IMG/VR virus record: IMGVR_UViG_3300025009_000058
Direction: 5' to 3' (one strand)
Source of the DNA: a virus
Taxonomy: Duplodnaviria; Heunggongvirae; Uroviricota; Caudoviricetes
DNA length: 64,000 nucleotides
Shown here: piece by piece, positions 18,107 through 27,638 of the stretch
Layout of the letters: each line of letters starts with the position of its first letter
How positions within the stretch are numbered: position 1 is the stretch's first letter
Made by a program: the position numbers and the translations under genes
Notes under the pieces: generated by a model
What the model saw: only the letters and a program-made list of their open reading frames with translations
Databases searched by the model: none
Told to the model about the DNA's origin: nothing

Positions 18107-18343
18107 TCATTTTGGCATTTGAATCTTTAATGGAAAAACATTACCACAAGCTTTATGCTTATATTGATGCTCTTTGAAATCCAATAAAAATAAACCCTCT
18201 GAGAAACCCAACTTTTCATATTGATGACAACAAGGACAGATAAAAGTAATCTGTATAGATTTGACCTGCCCAAATACAATGGATTTATAATTGTTTATAA
18301 TTGCCTGATCCCTCTGTCTTTCTCTATCTTTACTAAAAGCCAT
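18107..18343 (-). CDS. Small Cys-containing protein
   Basis: 78 aa, CPCCH...C. Confidence 0.4.
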   Translation of the reverse strand: MAFSKDRERQRDQAIINNYKSIVFGQVKSIQITFICPCCHQYEKLGFSEGLFLLDFKEHQYKHKACGNVFPLKIQMPK

Positions 18344-18529
18344 CTATTCCTCAGCTTTGATAATTTCTGCTTTGATATTCCAATCTACTAAACAACCACA
18401 ACTTGGACAGATCTCTTCATCATATCCTAATAATACTCCATCACAATTTCCACAAAGAGCTTCTTCTAAAAGATTGCCATAATCTTTAGTTTCTCTTTCG
18501 ACAAGTTTTTTAAGTTTTATAGTTTTCAT
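18344..18529 (-). CDS. Small zinc-ribbon-like protein
   Basis: 61 aa, CGNCDG....CPSCGC. Confidence 0.4.
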   Translation of the reverse strand: MKTIKLKKLVERETKDYGNLLEEALCGNCDGVLLGYDEEICPSCGCLVDWNIKAEIIKAEE

Positions 18530-19050
18530 GTTCTTCTTATTATTTCTTTTGAAAATGCTTGAAAGTTTTGTATTAATATTGATGGGGGTTGATTCTTAAA
18601 AAAGCTATACATTTCTGCAAAAACCAATTCTTTTAATGACGTCCTCATTGTTTTGAGTTTTGATGTTTCAATTAGTTTTAGTTCTTCTTCTAATAGTAAA
18701 ACTTCTGCAAGGTTAAATTTCTTAAATTTTGAAAAAGAACTTTCTATAGGACCACAATAAGTAAATTCTGTATCAAGAACCTCCATTGTGGTTAAGAAAT
18801 CTTTATGAGAGCCTATCATAATAGCATTCACTATATCAAGAGCAGTTCTAAGGCTAATATATTCTTTGTAATTACCTCTGATAAACTTAACCATAGCAAT
18901 TTTTGACTTTTCTTTTACTGCCACTTTAATTAACGGATGGTCTTTGTACTTATCAATTTGTCTTTTACCCTGAAGATGAAGTTTTCCATTACTGTCAGAA
19001 TAAGTAATATAAATTCTATTACTAGTAATTTTATTATAACCTTTTCTCAT
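18526..19050 (-). CDS. Hypothetical protein
   Basis: 174-aa ORF. Confidence 0.5.
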   Translation of the reverse strand: MRKGYNKITSNRIYITYSDSNGKLHLQGKRQIDKYKDHPLIKVAVKEKSKIAMVKFIRGNYKEYISLRTALDIVNAIMIGSHKDFLTTMEVLDTEFTYCGPIESSFSKFKKFNLAEVLLLEEELKLIETSKLKTMRTSLKELVFAEMYSFFKNQPPSILIQNFQAFSKEIIRRT

Positions 19051-19223
19051 TTTAATTTTTTCATCCTTCTTTTAAGATCATCTAATCGAGTTTTCCATTT
19101 CCTTAACTCAAGTGGATTAGTAGTCCTACTTATTAAACCTTCGACTACCTCAATAGCCAATGTAAAATCTTTCTTTGAAAAATTATCCATATCAGTTTTA
19201 TGTTCAAAACTATATTTACTCAT
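19049..19223 (-). CDS. Small protein carrying the duplicated N-terminal module (about 57 aa)
   Basis: Not in the ORF track. MSKYSFEHKTDMDNFSKK.. matches the N-terminus of 19223..19714. It is TAATG-coupled to the upstream gene. Confidence 0.35.
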
Positions 19224-19714
19224 TAGAAATGTACTAAAGTTTCAATAGATTTATCATCAACACAAGCTTTCATAATATTAAGAACCCATCCAGGAAAACC
19301 TTGAACATCATAAAAATCGTCTTCACCATTATAGGAAAATCCATGAGATGCATAAAGAGATATAATATCATGTTCATCTTTATTAGCTATTTCAATGCAT
19401 TTTTCAAGTGAAGTTTCTGTAAAGAAGATACCTTTTTGAATAGTATCAATATGCATAATTAATGATTCAGCATGGTAAATTTTCAAATCAAAATCTCTAT
19501 TAATCTTTTCTTCGATTAAACCCCAATGTTCATGCCTTAAATCTAGAGTCTTCATCATTTCATGAAATTTTGCTTCAAGAGTATTGAACGCTAAAAAATG
19601 TAGGTCCTTTTTAAAGTAAGAAAAATGTTTTGGGATAATTAAAGACTTAAGCATATTTGTTTCCTTTGAAAAATTATCCATATCAGTATAATGCTCAAAA
19701 TTATATTTTGTCAT
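19223..19714 (-). CDS. Hypothetical protein, tandem paralog A
   Basis: 163 aa. Its body is homologous to 19711..20142 (..KGIFFTE(T/A)SLE(K/Q)C..). The N-terminal 18-aa module is repeated upstream. Confidence 0.55.
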   Translation of the reverse strand: MTKYNFEHYTDMDNFSKETNMLKSLIIPKHFSYFKKDLHFLAFNTLEAKFHEMMKTLDLRHEHWGLIEEKINRDFDLKIYHAESLIMHIDTIQKGIFFTETSLEKCIEIANKDEHDIISLYASHGFSYNGEDDFYDVQGFPGWVLNIMKACVDDKSIETLVHF

Positions 19715-20142
19715 TGAAGATACACCGCAGTTTCAGTTGTTTCATCTTTTACACAAGCATCCATAATATCAAAAAGCATCCCAGGAAAACTTTGACCATA
19801 ATCAAAATCATCTCCACCATCATGAGATATATCATGCTTTGAATATAATTCCATAATTTTATCTTCACCGAGATTTGCTATCTTTAAACATTGCTCAAGT
19901 GAAGCCTCAGTAAAGAAAATTCCTTTTTGTTCAAGATCAATATGCATAATCAAGTTTTCAGCATGATAAATTTGTAAATCAAAATCTCCATTAATCAATT
20001 CTTCAACAGTATTATACCCATTAAGCTTCAAATGATCTCTGTTTTCTTTTGGCGCTTGAGCATTCAATGTATCAAATGCTAAATAATGTAAACCATCTTT
20101 GAAATGTGAAAGTGATTTAGGAATTATTAATTCTTTGGACAT
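19711..20142 (-). CDS. Hypothetical protein, tandem paralog B
   Basis: 143 aa with a promoter motif 27 nt upstream. Confidence 0.55.
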   Translation of the reverse strand: MSKELIIPKSLSHFKDGLHYLAFDTLNAQAPKENRDHLKLNGYNTVEELINGDFDLQIYHAENLIMHIDLEQKGIFFTEASLEQCLKIANLGEDKIMELYSKHDISHDGGDDFDYGQSFPGMLFDIMDACVKDETTETAVYLQ

Positions 20143-20168
20143 ATTTGTTTCCTTTCAAATTATTTTGA

Positions 20169-20190
20169 TTGACAAAACAAATATAATACA
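20169..20190 (-). promoter_or_regulatory. Promoter-like motif copy (ttgacaaaacaaatataataca)
   Basis: Upstream of 19711..20142. Confidence 0.6.
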
Positions 20191-20195
20191 TCTGA

Positions 20196-20423
20196 CTATT
20201 CAAGTGCAGTTTTTAGCTTAGTGAAGATTTTTTGATGCATAATATAAAGAGACATAGGTTTCACATCAAGAATTCTACTAATTTCTTTTATTGATAAACC
20301 ATCTCTATATTTGAGGATTAGTAGCGTACGTTCTCTTTCTGGTAATTTCTTTAATAATTCAAGAAGTTTTTGATTAGTTTCTTCTTGTTCAAATTGTTCC
20401 TGTATATCTATACAATTATCCAT
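20196..20423 (-). CDS. Sigma-70 region-4-like HTH protein (region 4 only)
   Basis: 75 aa. LPERERTLLILKYRDGLSIKEISRILDVKPMSLYIMHQKIFTKLK fits the sigma-70 region 4 / LuxR-type HTH pattern. Confidence 0.5.
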   Translation of the reverse strand: MDNCIDIQEQFEQEETNQKLLELLKKLPERERTLLILKYRDGLSIKEISRILDVKPMSLYIMHQKIFTKLKTALE

Positions 20424-20819
20424 TTAAAACTCATCTGAATCAGAAATATCAATTGTTTTTAACTTTTTTGATATCTTTACTTTACTTTCAAGTATTTTAA
20501 ATTGTTCACCATTTAAGATTATATCAGTACTTGTATTAGTAGCTAAGCTAGAATCTATATATTCTTCAACTTTCATTTTAGACTTAGCTTTAATTTTAAT
20601 AACTTCAATTGATTTTTCAATATTATTAATATAATCAAATGAAAAAATATAATAAATGAACATAAGCCCTCTTAAGTATTGATTAATATTATTTCTACAA
20701 TAGATTATTATTTTCTCCAAAGTCTTAATATCAATATTACTATGCAGACCCAAATTAAAATACTTATTATAGCTTTCATCTTTTTTTACTCTGTAAAGAA
20801 TCTTCCAATGATCTATCAA
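20424..20819 (-). CDS. Hypothetical protein
   Basis: 131-aa ORF. Confidence 0.45.
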   Translation of the reverse strand: MIDHWKILYRVKKDESYNKYFNLGLHSNIDIKTLEKIIIYCRNNINQYLRGLMFIYYIFSFDYINNIEKSIEVIKIKAKSKMKVEEYIDSSLATNTSTDIILNGEQFKILESKVKISKKLKTIDISDSDEF

Positions 20820-21240
20820 CTATAAACATAATAACTGCCCAAATACAATGATTTAAATCAGGATATAATTTAGTAAGTTTCTTTTTAATTATTTGTTTCT
20901 TGTACTCAAATTTATCATACTTAAAAAACTCAACAATTGAATTCATTGCTCCATAGTCACTAAGACATAAAGTAATATCTCCACAATGATGAGGTGGAAC
21001 ATCTAATAACTTAAACTCTATAACCCTCAATTTACCCTTCTTTAGAAGCTTAGACCTTTTCAAAGTTTTCAATAAAGCCATTAAGTATTCATCATGATTG
21101 GGGATATAATATATCCTTCTATTTATTGAATAATAATCAATGAAGTTTTTAACAGATAGAGCATGAATAGATTTAATCTTTTTCAAACATTTATAAAGTT
21201 TATGATATTGCTCTATTAATATACTATTTGGAATTTGCAT
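20776..21240 (-). CDS. Hypothetical protein
   Basis: 154-aa ORF. Confidence 0.45.
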   Translation of the reverse strand: MQIPNSILIEQYHKLYKCLKKIKSIHALSVKNFIDYYSINRRIYYIPNHDEYLMALLKTLKRSKLLKKGKLRVIEFKLLDVPPHHCGDITLCLSDYGAMNSIVEFFKYDKFEYKKQIIKKKLTKLYPDLNHCIWAVIMFIVDRSLEDSLQSKKR

Positions 21241-21273
21241 AATAAAATGCCTTCAATTTATTGTATAGATACA

Positions 21274-21699
21274 TTAAAAATTATCCGAGCAATTGGTCTT
21301 AATTGCTTCAATTAGAGAATATCTTGACATCTTTAATCTTGCAGCAGCATTAACAATAATATAAGTAAGTTCTTCCATTAACAGTTGAGCTTCTTCATTA
21401 TTAATATGCATCTCTTCTGACAACTCAGAAGTTATCTCATTTGTAAAACAACGATCCACTTCCCATTTCATTCTAGCATCTAAAAATCCACGTGTATTTT
21501 TAAATTTTGAAATAATGAATGGGTCATTAATAGCTTGAAATTCATCATAAATAGATTTATTTTTAACTCTTCTTTCTTCAAGATCTGAAGTATTAAAATT
21601 ATCATTAATACCTTCAGATAAAACAGATAAAAGGGTTTGAGATGAATCTTTTTTATTGAGCACTATTGCTAATACAGTTTTTGCCATTTTAAACCTCAA
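21274..21699 (-). CDS. Hypothetical protein
   Basis: 141-aa ORF. Confidence 0.5.
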   Translation of the reverse strand: MRFKMAKTVLAIVLNKKDSSQTLLSVLSEGINDNFNTSDLEERRVKNKSIYDEFQAINDPFIISKFKNTRGFLDARMKWEVDRCFTNEITSELSEEMHINNEEAQLLMEELTYIIVNAAARLKMSRYSLIEAIKTNCSDNF

Positions 21700-21724
21700 T
21701 TTTAATTACAATACAAATTTAATA

Positions 21725-21916
21725 CTACTTAGTTCTTTTATATGACATACTTGTTAATTCAATTACAGTTGATACAACCCCTCGATATTTTTGTTTATCA
21801 AGACCATTAACTTCCATGAAAAAATCCACTGCTAGTTCATAAGAATCAGCATATACTCTCGTTATATACTTTTTGGGATCACAAGAATACCCTACAATAA
21901 ATAAATATTCTTTCAT
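21725..21916 (-). CDS. Hypothetical protein
   Basis: 63-aa ORF. Confidence 0.35.
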   Translation of the reverse strand: MKEYLFIVGYSCDPKKYITRVYADSYELAVDFFMEVNGLDKQKYRGVVSTVIELTSMSYKRTK

Positions 21917-22551
21917 AAACCTATTTTCCTTGAGAATAATCTTTTTATTTCATAACTGAATTGACCTTCAGCAAATTGTGAAGCCCAATCTTTTACTATT
22001 TCTTTATTATGATGACCATAAGCAATTACTTTATTAACTTTGTTAATAACAGCATAATACTGTTCTTTCTGAGTTGGTTTAAGTAAATCAATTAATATTA
22101 TTTCGTAATCTACATCTAATATCATATCACTCTCAATTGCCCACTCATCTGCCCAAGTTTTAACAGCTTGTTCGTCATGATTACCATAGGCAATTACTCT
22201 ATTATGTTTATTAACTACAATATAATATGGATTTTCAATAGGTAGCATATCATCTAGTTCAAACTCACCTAATTCTTGAAACTTAGGGTCTTGATTAAAA
22301 GCATTTTGACTCTGAATTAAAGCATTTTGACTTAATTGAGCATGATAATCTTCTTTCATCATTTCAAGTTGATTCTTTGATTTTTTTAATTCAAGTTCAA
22401 GATCTTGAATATATTGAAATAGTGAAAGAACTGCACCATCTCCAGTAAAATTTCTCCAATTACCACCATATCTTAAACAAATAAAAGAACCAATCTCATC
22501 ATCATGTTTAAAAGTATACTTTCCATCACAAAGTGATATAGTATTTATCAT
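21913..22551 (-). CDS. Hypothetical protein with an internal duplication
   Basis: The internal repeat is YYIVVNKHNRVIAYGNHDEQAVKTWADEWA / YYAVINKVNKVIAYGHHNKEIVKDWASQFA. Confidence 0.5.
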   Translation of the reverse strand: MINTISLCDGKYTFKHDDEIGSFICLRYGGNWRNFTGDGAVLSLFQYIQDLELELKKSKNQLEMMKEDYHAQLSQNALIQSQNAFNQDPKFQELGEFELDDMLPIENPYYIVVNKHNRVIAYGNHDEQAVKTWADEWAIESDMILDVDYEIILIDLLKPTQKEQYYAVINKVNKVIAYGHHNKEIVKDWASQFAEGQFSYEIKRLFSRKIGL

Positions 22552-22859
22552 TATATGTCAAACCTCCAATTAAGAGAATCAATAGCAGTAAAAAGTTGTT
22601 TTTGAGTAATATGAGAGAATTTAAGTTTATAATAACTAAGTGAGTTTCTGAACCTCAATGCTTTTTTTGATACAGAATAAATATCTGATCTTACATAAGT
22701 ACCTAAAGGTTTAGCATAAACATGGTAATAAAACTTCTTAGTCTTCTTTTGTTTATTTTCTCTCCAATAAACAACAATGACCTTTTTTGGTTTTGTACCT
22801 ATACAAGTATTCTTACCTATACACATTCCATAAATACCTAAAGGCTTTCTTTTTCTCAT
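22551..22859 (-). CDS. Hypothetical protein (weak GIY-YIG-like N-terminus)
   Basis: LGIYGMCIGKNTCIG loosely resembles GIY...YIG. This is not convincing. Confidence 0.4.
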   Translation of the reverse strand: MRKRKPLGIYGMCIGKNTCIGTKPKKVIVVYWRENKQKKTKKFYYHVYAKPLGTYVRSDIYSVSKKALRFRNSLSYYKLKFSHITQKQLFTAIDSLNWRFDI

Positions 22860-23320
22860 TTAATATCTTTCCTAAATTTTATAAATGAAGTCATCTCATT
22901 ATATAACCAAGTATATCCTTTGATTTGATGGTCCTGTATTAGAGGACGACCAGATAAAACAGCCTCATAATACCTAGAATTTTCCCTTTCCAATATATCT
23001 TCAATTAAATATGGGAGCTCATTAAGGGTTGGCATATTTTTATCTACTAGTGATAATGGACCTACTGGGATATCACCTTTTAAAACTCTTTCAAAGAAAA
23101 CAAGGTTTGCTTTCTCATAAGCCTCTTTAACTACTCTGTGATAGTAATAATCTCTCAATAACAAAAGCATTTGCATGAAAGCATGAGACTGAGTCAAATT
23201 ATAATTTTCTTCAATAAACTTTCTCAAAGACTTTATAAAAAGTCTCTGGGACATAAAATTTGAACTTTCATAAATCGAAGTATTTGCAGATTTCATATGA
23301 TTAATAGGGTTTTTTGCCAT
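22856..23320 (-). CDS. Hypothetical protein
   Basis: 154-aa ORF. Confidence 0.5.
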   Translation of the reverse strand: MAKNPINHMKSANTSIYESSNFMSQRLFIKSLRKFIEENYNLTQSHAFMQMLLLLRDYYYHRVVKEAYEKANLVFFERVLKGDIPVGPLSLVDKNMPTLNELPYLIEDILERENSRYYEAVLSGRPLIQDHQIKGYTWLYNEMTSFIKFRKDIK

Positions 23321-23321
23321 A

Positions 23322-23723
23322 TCATCCTTCCATTAATTCTTCATAACTATCTGTTTCAATAAGAAGCAGCCATTTACTGATATCAGTATCAAATAAATCT
23401 TTATTTGATACATAAAGTTTAAATTCTTCGAGCAATTGATCCTGAATAGGTTGATTATTAAGCCCTTCATCTAGAGAAATAAAAAGCGCTTTAAGTAATG
23501 TTATTTGAGTATGATGAACACCTGGATAAAGCTCTTTCAATTCCTTAATAGAACAGTTAAATTGTCCTTCTAATTGATACTCTTCTCCTGCACCAGTATA
23601 TAAACATCTGTAGAGGTAATCAATTTTATGAGGATTATGATTTCTATTCTCAATATAAATATCATATTGTTCTTTAGTCAATTCACCACCCCAATTCTTT
23701 TGAAATTTCTGAAGTAAATCCAC
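23322..23723 (-). CDS. Hypothetical protein
   Basis: 133-aa ORF. Confidence 0.5.
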   Translation of the reverse strand: MDLLQKFQKNWGGELTKEQYDIYIENRNHNPHKIDYLYRCLYTGAGEEYQLEGQFNCSIKELKELYPGVHHTQITLLKALFISLDEGLNNQPIQDQLLEEFKLYVSNKDLFDTDISKWLLLIETDSYEELMEG

Positions 23724-23907
23724 CTTTTTCTTTCAGAGTGTCTGAAAATAAATCTCCCAAACTTTTACCTTCACTAGTAATTAAATCTTTCCTAAACATT
23801 AAAGTACCAGAAGGAGCAAACCTCCAATTCCTACAAAGGGTATACTGATCCATAGCTTTTATAGTTTCAGCTATACTATCAATTTGTTGTTGAGTTAATT
23901 CTGCCAT
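23683..23907 (-). CDS. Hypothetical protein
   Basis: 74-aa ORF. Its 93-nt leader contains the hairpin ATAGGGG...CCCCTAT. Confidence 0.4.
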   Translation of the reverse strand: MAELTQQQIDSIAETIKAMDQYTLCRNWRFAPSGTLMFRKDLITSEGKSLGDLFSDTLKEKGGFTSEISKELGW

Positions 23908-23998
23908 ATTTTCCTCAAATTTAATGCCTTTATAGGGGGCGGAAATTCATCCTACCCCTATTGGTGAGTGAGTCATATTGCAAAGGCTAGGCAATACA

Positions 23999-24021
23999 AA
24001 AATCAAATTGTTTTAAATCAA
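23999..24021 (-). promoter_or_regulatory. Degenerate type-2 promoter-like motif (aataattcaaatataaagcttcg)
   Basis: Resembles the ..caaatataaagcttc variants at 36999 and 35954. Confidence 0.3.
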
Positions 24022-24025
24022 TAAT

Positions 24026-24253
24026 TCAAATATAAAGCTTCGTTCTCAATTTATGTAAAAATTTGCTGAAAATTGAGTATTTGATTTGATCATTCTTTAT
24101 ATCAACTAATATTGAAATTCTTTCTTCTAGAGAAAACATTTTATTATCCCTTGAAGTTCTTGGCATATTAATTTTGTCAAGCAGTGTATGACACTTATTA
24201 ATAGTCTCAACACTTTCTCTTAGCTTAAACTTTAATAACTCGTTCTGGTCCAT
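24026..24253 (-). CDS. Hypothetical protein
   Basis: 75-aa ORF. Confidence 0.4.
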   Translation of the reverse strand: MDQNELLKFKLRESVETINKCHTLLDKINMPRTSRDNKMFSLEERISILVDIKNDQIKYSIFSKFLHKLRTKLYI

Positions 24254-24259
24254 TTAACC

Positions 24260-24694
24260 TCAGTTAATATTACGGTTCCTTTTATCGATAGATACAATTT
24301 TTGGCTGAGAAGCTACAAAGGTTAGACCTTTTAAGATTTCATTATTAGGTTCAAAATCATTATTAAAAGAATCAATAAAGTCCGAATGCACATCCAATTT
24401 CTTATGCTTAAGTAAGAATTTTATTACTTCTTCAGTTAAAGGATGGAGCTCTGGATAATTCTTTTGAATAATAGCTTGAGAATTTTCAGGAGTCATGTTC
24501 CAAATTGCAGCAATTTCAGGAGCTACTGCCATTTCTATAAATACATTTTTAGTATTGTTTTCACTTGAAATGATATTAATAACTTTAATAACACCAAAAT
24601 TATTCCCATCTCTTTCAAGATTAAAAAAGAATTGTTTCTTGTTAATCTTTACTTCAACTTCCAGAACCGGCATGTTTTTAATTGTTACTTCCAT
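24260..24694 (-). CDS. Hypothetical protein
   Basis: 144-aa ORF. Confidence 0.5.
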   Translation of the reverse strand: MEVTIKNMPVLEVEVKINKKQFFFNLERDGNNFGVIKVINIISSENNTKNVFIEMAVAPEIAAIWNMTPENSQAIIQKNYPELHPLTEEVIKFLLKHKKLDVHSDFIDSFNNDFEPNNEILKGLTFVASQPKIVSIDKRNRNIN

Positions 24695-24712
24695 TATAGT
24701 ACTCTCGTGATT

Positions 24713-25030
24713 TTATTGAATAATATTTTTATTGATTGATAACTCTCGATAAGCTTTGGCAATATCTAAATTAAACCTAAAGTGTTTAATATTTTTAATT
24801 GCAATAAATAGTCTATTAGTTCTGCCTATTAAAAAAATTAAACCATTGATAAATTTTGAACTTCTTTCATGTTGAATGATTTCATCTAGACTTGGTACAT
24901 ATATATCCATCCATCTTTGTTCTTTTTTTCGCAGTTGAATTATTTCATGGTACCAATTTGATGAAATTGAAATATAAATAAAAAATGCAAACAACCCCAT
25001 TAATATCAATAATGCTTCTAAACCATTCAT
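24713..25030 (-). CDS. N-terminal TM protein (holin/lysis-region candidate)
   Basis: 105 aa with the TM segment LEALLILMGLFAFFIYISI. Confidence 0.4.
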   Translation of the reverse strand: MNGLEALLILMGLFAFFIYISISSNWYHEIIQLRKKEQRWMDIYVPSLDEIIQHERSSKFINGLIFLIGRTNRLFIAIKNIKHFRFNLDIAKAYRELSINKNIIQ

Positions 25031-25136
25031 TTTAAAAATCCTTTAAAAAATAAAGCCGGAGTGTTTATTGTGACCCTCACAATACACAAATTAACGCTTT
25101 ACCCGATTGTTTAGTGTTAAAATCTCCGGCTTAAAC

Positions 25137-25571
25137 TTATTCTTCATCTCCTGCTTTAATTGCTTTATCTTTTCTGCGTATGGCAAAAGGTAATAAGATT
25201 AGACCTATTATCAAGAACAATAGATATAATAGAGAATATAAAGCACAAAACTTTATAAAATAATCTCCAGTTAATATAATTATTGACCACTGATTTGTGA
25301 TTTCAATTGTTTCTATTCCAATTACTGCAAGACAACGTATAGCAGCCTCAAAGACCAAAAGGAAAATAAAAGAAGCTAGAGCAAAAGAGAAAAAGAATAT
25401 TGAGGGTCTCCAAATTGGTTCATCTAAATACTTTTGCCATTGAGTTCTTGTGTCTTCAACAGGTTTAGATGAAGGACCTCCTATTCCACCTCTTCTACCT
25501 CTTCTGAAAAAGATTGGAGCAAATAACATTGGTGAGATCATATCTATTATCCTTATTTTATTTCCATTCAT
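25137..25571 (-). CDS. Multi-pass membrane protein (holin candidate)
   Basis: 144 aa with three or four hydrophobic helices and a Gly/Arg-rich loop. Confidence 0.45.
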   Translation of the reverse strand: MNGNKIRIIDMISPMLFAPIFFRRGRRGGIGGPSSKPVEDTRTQWQKYLDEPIWRPSIFFFSFALASFIFLLVFEAAIRCLAVIGIETIEITNQWSIIILTGDYFIKFCALYSLLYLLFLIIGLILLPFAIRRKDKAIKAGDEE

Positions 25572-25857
25572 TTAAATTTTCAATTATGCATTCTTCAAGC
25601 TTATCAAAAACCTCTTTAGAAACATTTACTGTTGTGTGTTCATCCATTATAACTGAAAACCCATCATCTGCAATATATTGATAAGCGTTTATAACCTTTA
25701 ATCCTTTTTTTGAAGACTCGAGCCGTAAACAAGCATTTGTACCAATATTTTTCTTAAAAGCAAATATAATCTTTCTTTTTCTAAAAATGCCTTTATGCAC
25801 AACGCAATAATGAGTACAAGTCTTCAGAGTTGAATAAGCTTTTTCTTCAAAGTTCAT
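25558..25857 (-). CDS. Hypothetical protein
   Basis: 99-aa ORF. Confidence 0.4.
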   Translation of the reverse strand: MNFEEKAYSTLKTCTHYCVVHKGIFRKRKIIFAFKKNIGTNACLRLESSKKGLKVINAYQYIADDGFSVIMDEHTTVNVSKEVFDKLEECIIENLNEWK

Positions 25858-25863
25858 AATAAC

Positions 25864-26529
25864 CTACTTAATTTTCACAAAACCAATTAATTTAATATCT
25901 CTGATCATTTTTTTCATCCAAAGCTCACTGGTAATTTTAATTGTTTTATCTTTGTATAGTTCAGAATAAGCTCCATAATAACGCGTAATAATTCTGCCTA
26001 ATAAATCAGCCCCTGGTTTATGAATTTCTTCATTAATAATATATCTTAAAATATAAGCCGCAGCTTCAATATTAACTTCTGGTATATAAAGATCATTTCT
26101 GTTTTCAGCAATTTTTTTATTTATTAATTTATCACTCCAGTATTCCCAAACCACCCCACCTAGACCAATTGCATTTGTTTCTTTACCTTTTACAAATATC
26201 TTTGGGTGATTAATCATCCATCTATAATCTGACTCAACCCTAAATATTGAATGAAGCATTCCAACCGGAATTGAATATTCTTTTGAAGCCTTCTCGATTG
26301 AACCAATAAAATCTTTATTGACTCTTTTTGAAATATACCCATACATCTCAATGTCTTCTTTTACAAATTGAAGATCAGAACGAAATAGATCTTGTTTGAA
26401 TGAAATAAGTAATTGATCCCTCTCGTCCTTTAGACTTTTTATATAAAAACTTCCGGCAAATACTAAGAATACTATTAAGACGACTAAAGACCACTCAAAC
26501 CATGAAAGTTTTTTATTGAGCTCTAGCAT
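25864..26529 (-). CDS. Lytic transglycosylase (SLT-domain endolysin) with an N-terminal signal-anchor
   Basis: Trimmed to the internal Met (MLELNKK..) so that the promoter motif lies upstream. SLT motifs FRVESDYRW (catalytic E-S), AIGLGGV and AAAYIL..Y are present, along with the N-terminal TM segment LVVLIVFLVFAGSFY. Confidence 0.65.
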   Translation of the reverse strand: MLELNKKLSWFEWSLVVLIVFLVFAGSFYIKSLKDERDQLLISFKQDLFRSDLQFVKEDIEMYGYISKRVNKDFIGSIEKASKEYSIPVGMLHSIFRVESDYRWMINHPKIFVKGKETNAIGLGGVVWEYWSDKLINKKIAENRNDLYIPEVNIEAAAYILRYIINEEIHKPGADLLGRIITRYYGAYSELYKDKTIKITSELWMKKMIRDIKLIGFVKIK

Positions 26530-26547
26530 ATAATACCTTTTTTTTAA

Positions 26548-26569
26548 TTGATAAAACAAAATTAATACT
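26548..26569 (-). promoter_or_regulatory. Promoter-like motif copy (ttgataaaacaaaattaatact)
   Basis: 19 nt upstream of the 26529 start. Confidence 0.5.
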
Positions 26570-27062
26570 ACCTTGTCTTTAAATTCAAATCAATGGTATT
26601 AATAATTGAATTCTTTGGTATATAGAATCTAAATTCAGCATTACATAATGACTTAGCGTATGAGTCAGAAGAAAAATACTGTGATACAAAATTATTAATA
26701 TCAGTAATTTGAACATTGCCAGAAGATAAAGCCATATTCATTGATTTAGTGTTTAAGAAAACATACAAATGCAAATGCTCATTAGACTCTATTATGGTAA
26801 CAAATCTTGCAGGAATATTTAATGGATATATAATTCCATACCTTTCAACATAACAAGAATATATCATTTCTTGACCTGATTGAGATTGATATGAACCTAT
26901 ACCCAAAAAGAATTGACCTGATCCATTTCCATGTGTTTGAGATGATACTACTAACTGTTTTAAGTTAAAAGTGCCCATAGCTTGACTAATCCAAGGCTGG
27001 CTCTTAATTACAATTGAAGTAAAAAACAACATTAATGCAATTATTAGTGTCTTTTTGCACAT
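26568..27062 (-). CDS. Secreted protein (signal peptide)
   Basis: 164 aa, MCKKTLIIALMLFFTSIVIKSQPW. Confidence 0.5.
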   Translation of the reverse strand: MCKKTLIIALMLFFTSIVIKSQPWISQAMGTFNLKQLVVSSQTHGNGSGQFFLGIGSYQSQSGQEMIYSCYVERYGIIYPLNIPARFVTIIESNEHLHLYVFLNTKSMNMALSSGNVQITDINNFVSQYFSSDSYAKSLCNAEFRFYIPKNSIINTIDLNLKTR

Positions 27063-27082
27063 AATTTTATCTCTTTTAAAAA

Positions 27083-27104
27083 TTGATAAAACAAAATTAA
27101 TACT
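27083..27104 (-). promoter_or_regulatory. Promoter-like motif copy (ttgataaaacaaaattaatact)
   Basis: 21 nt upstream of the 27062 start. Confidence 0.5.
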
Positions 27105-27123
27105 ACAGCTGCTAAAACTTATC

Positions 27124-27324
27124 TTACTTTCTCAAAGGTCTGATAACAATAGTGTCTGAAAGGAAAAGATTATTTTTAAGACTTTGAATAGATTTTAAAA
27201 CATTTGATTCTTTTTTATAGCCTTCACTTTGAGCCATAATTTTTCCATTTCTTGAAACAATAGAAAAATACCATTGATTATTCTTTGAGGATTTTTTAAC
27301 AATTATCTTAAGAGCAGCTTTCAT
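27124..27324 (-). CDS. DUF1508 (YegP-like) domain protein
   Basis: KNNQWYFSIVSRNGKIMAQSEGYKKESNVLKSIQSLK fits the YegP/DUF1508 pattern. Confidence 0.5.
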   Translation of the reverse strand: MKAALKIIVKKSSKNNQWYFSIVSRNGKIMAQSEGYKKESNVLKSIQSLKNNLFLSDTIVIRPLRK

Positions 27325-27338
27325 GATTAGCCTTTTGT

Positions 27339-27638
27339 TTAGTTTTTATTATCTTCAGAATAAAATTCTTCTATATTATCTTCAAGGAGTCTACCTCTAT
27401 CAATTGGATAATAGATGATCTCTAAACCCATCTCATCTCTTTGAAGTTTCATTTTTGCAGCTTTTTTAATATCATCTGCGTAAATTTCTTTTCTTCTGTT
27501 TGTGCAGACTGCTGGACCTGTCCAAGAGAATCTTCCATGATAGTCTCTAACCGGAATATTAGCCTTAACCATTCTTTTAACAAATTGATTACATTTTTCA
27601 TTATCATAAACCAAAGGTAATTTTATTTTTGTACTCAC
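27339..27638 (-). CDS. Hypothetical protein
   Basis: 99-aa ORF. Confidence 0.45.
   Translation of the reverse strand: MSTKIKLPLVYDNEKCNQFVKRMVKANIPVRDYHGRFSWTGPAVCTNRRKEIYADDIKKAAKMKLQRDEMGLEIIYYPIDRGRLLEDNIEEFYSEDNKN

Noticed and set aside
20776-21240. Metallophosphoesterase / protein phosphatase assignment for the 154-aa ORF (NHDEY.., HHCGD)
   Set aside because: The motifs are out of order relative to the GDxHG / GDxxDR / GNHE series and the protein is too short.
22551-22859. GIY-YIG homing endonuclease
   Set aside because: Only a loose GIY..CIG resemblance in the first 20 residues. The downstream catalytic Arg/Glu/Asn pattern is not recognisable.
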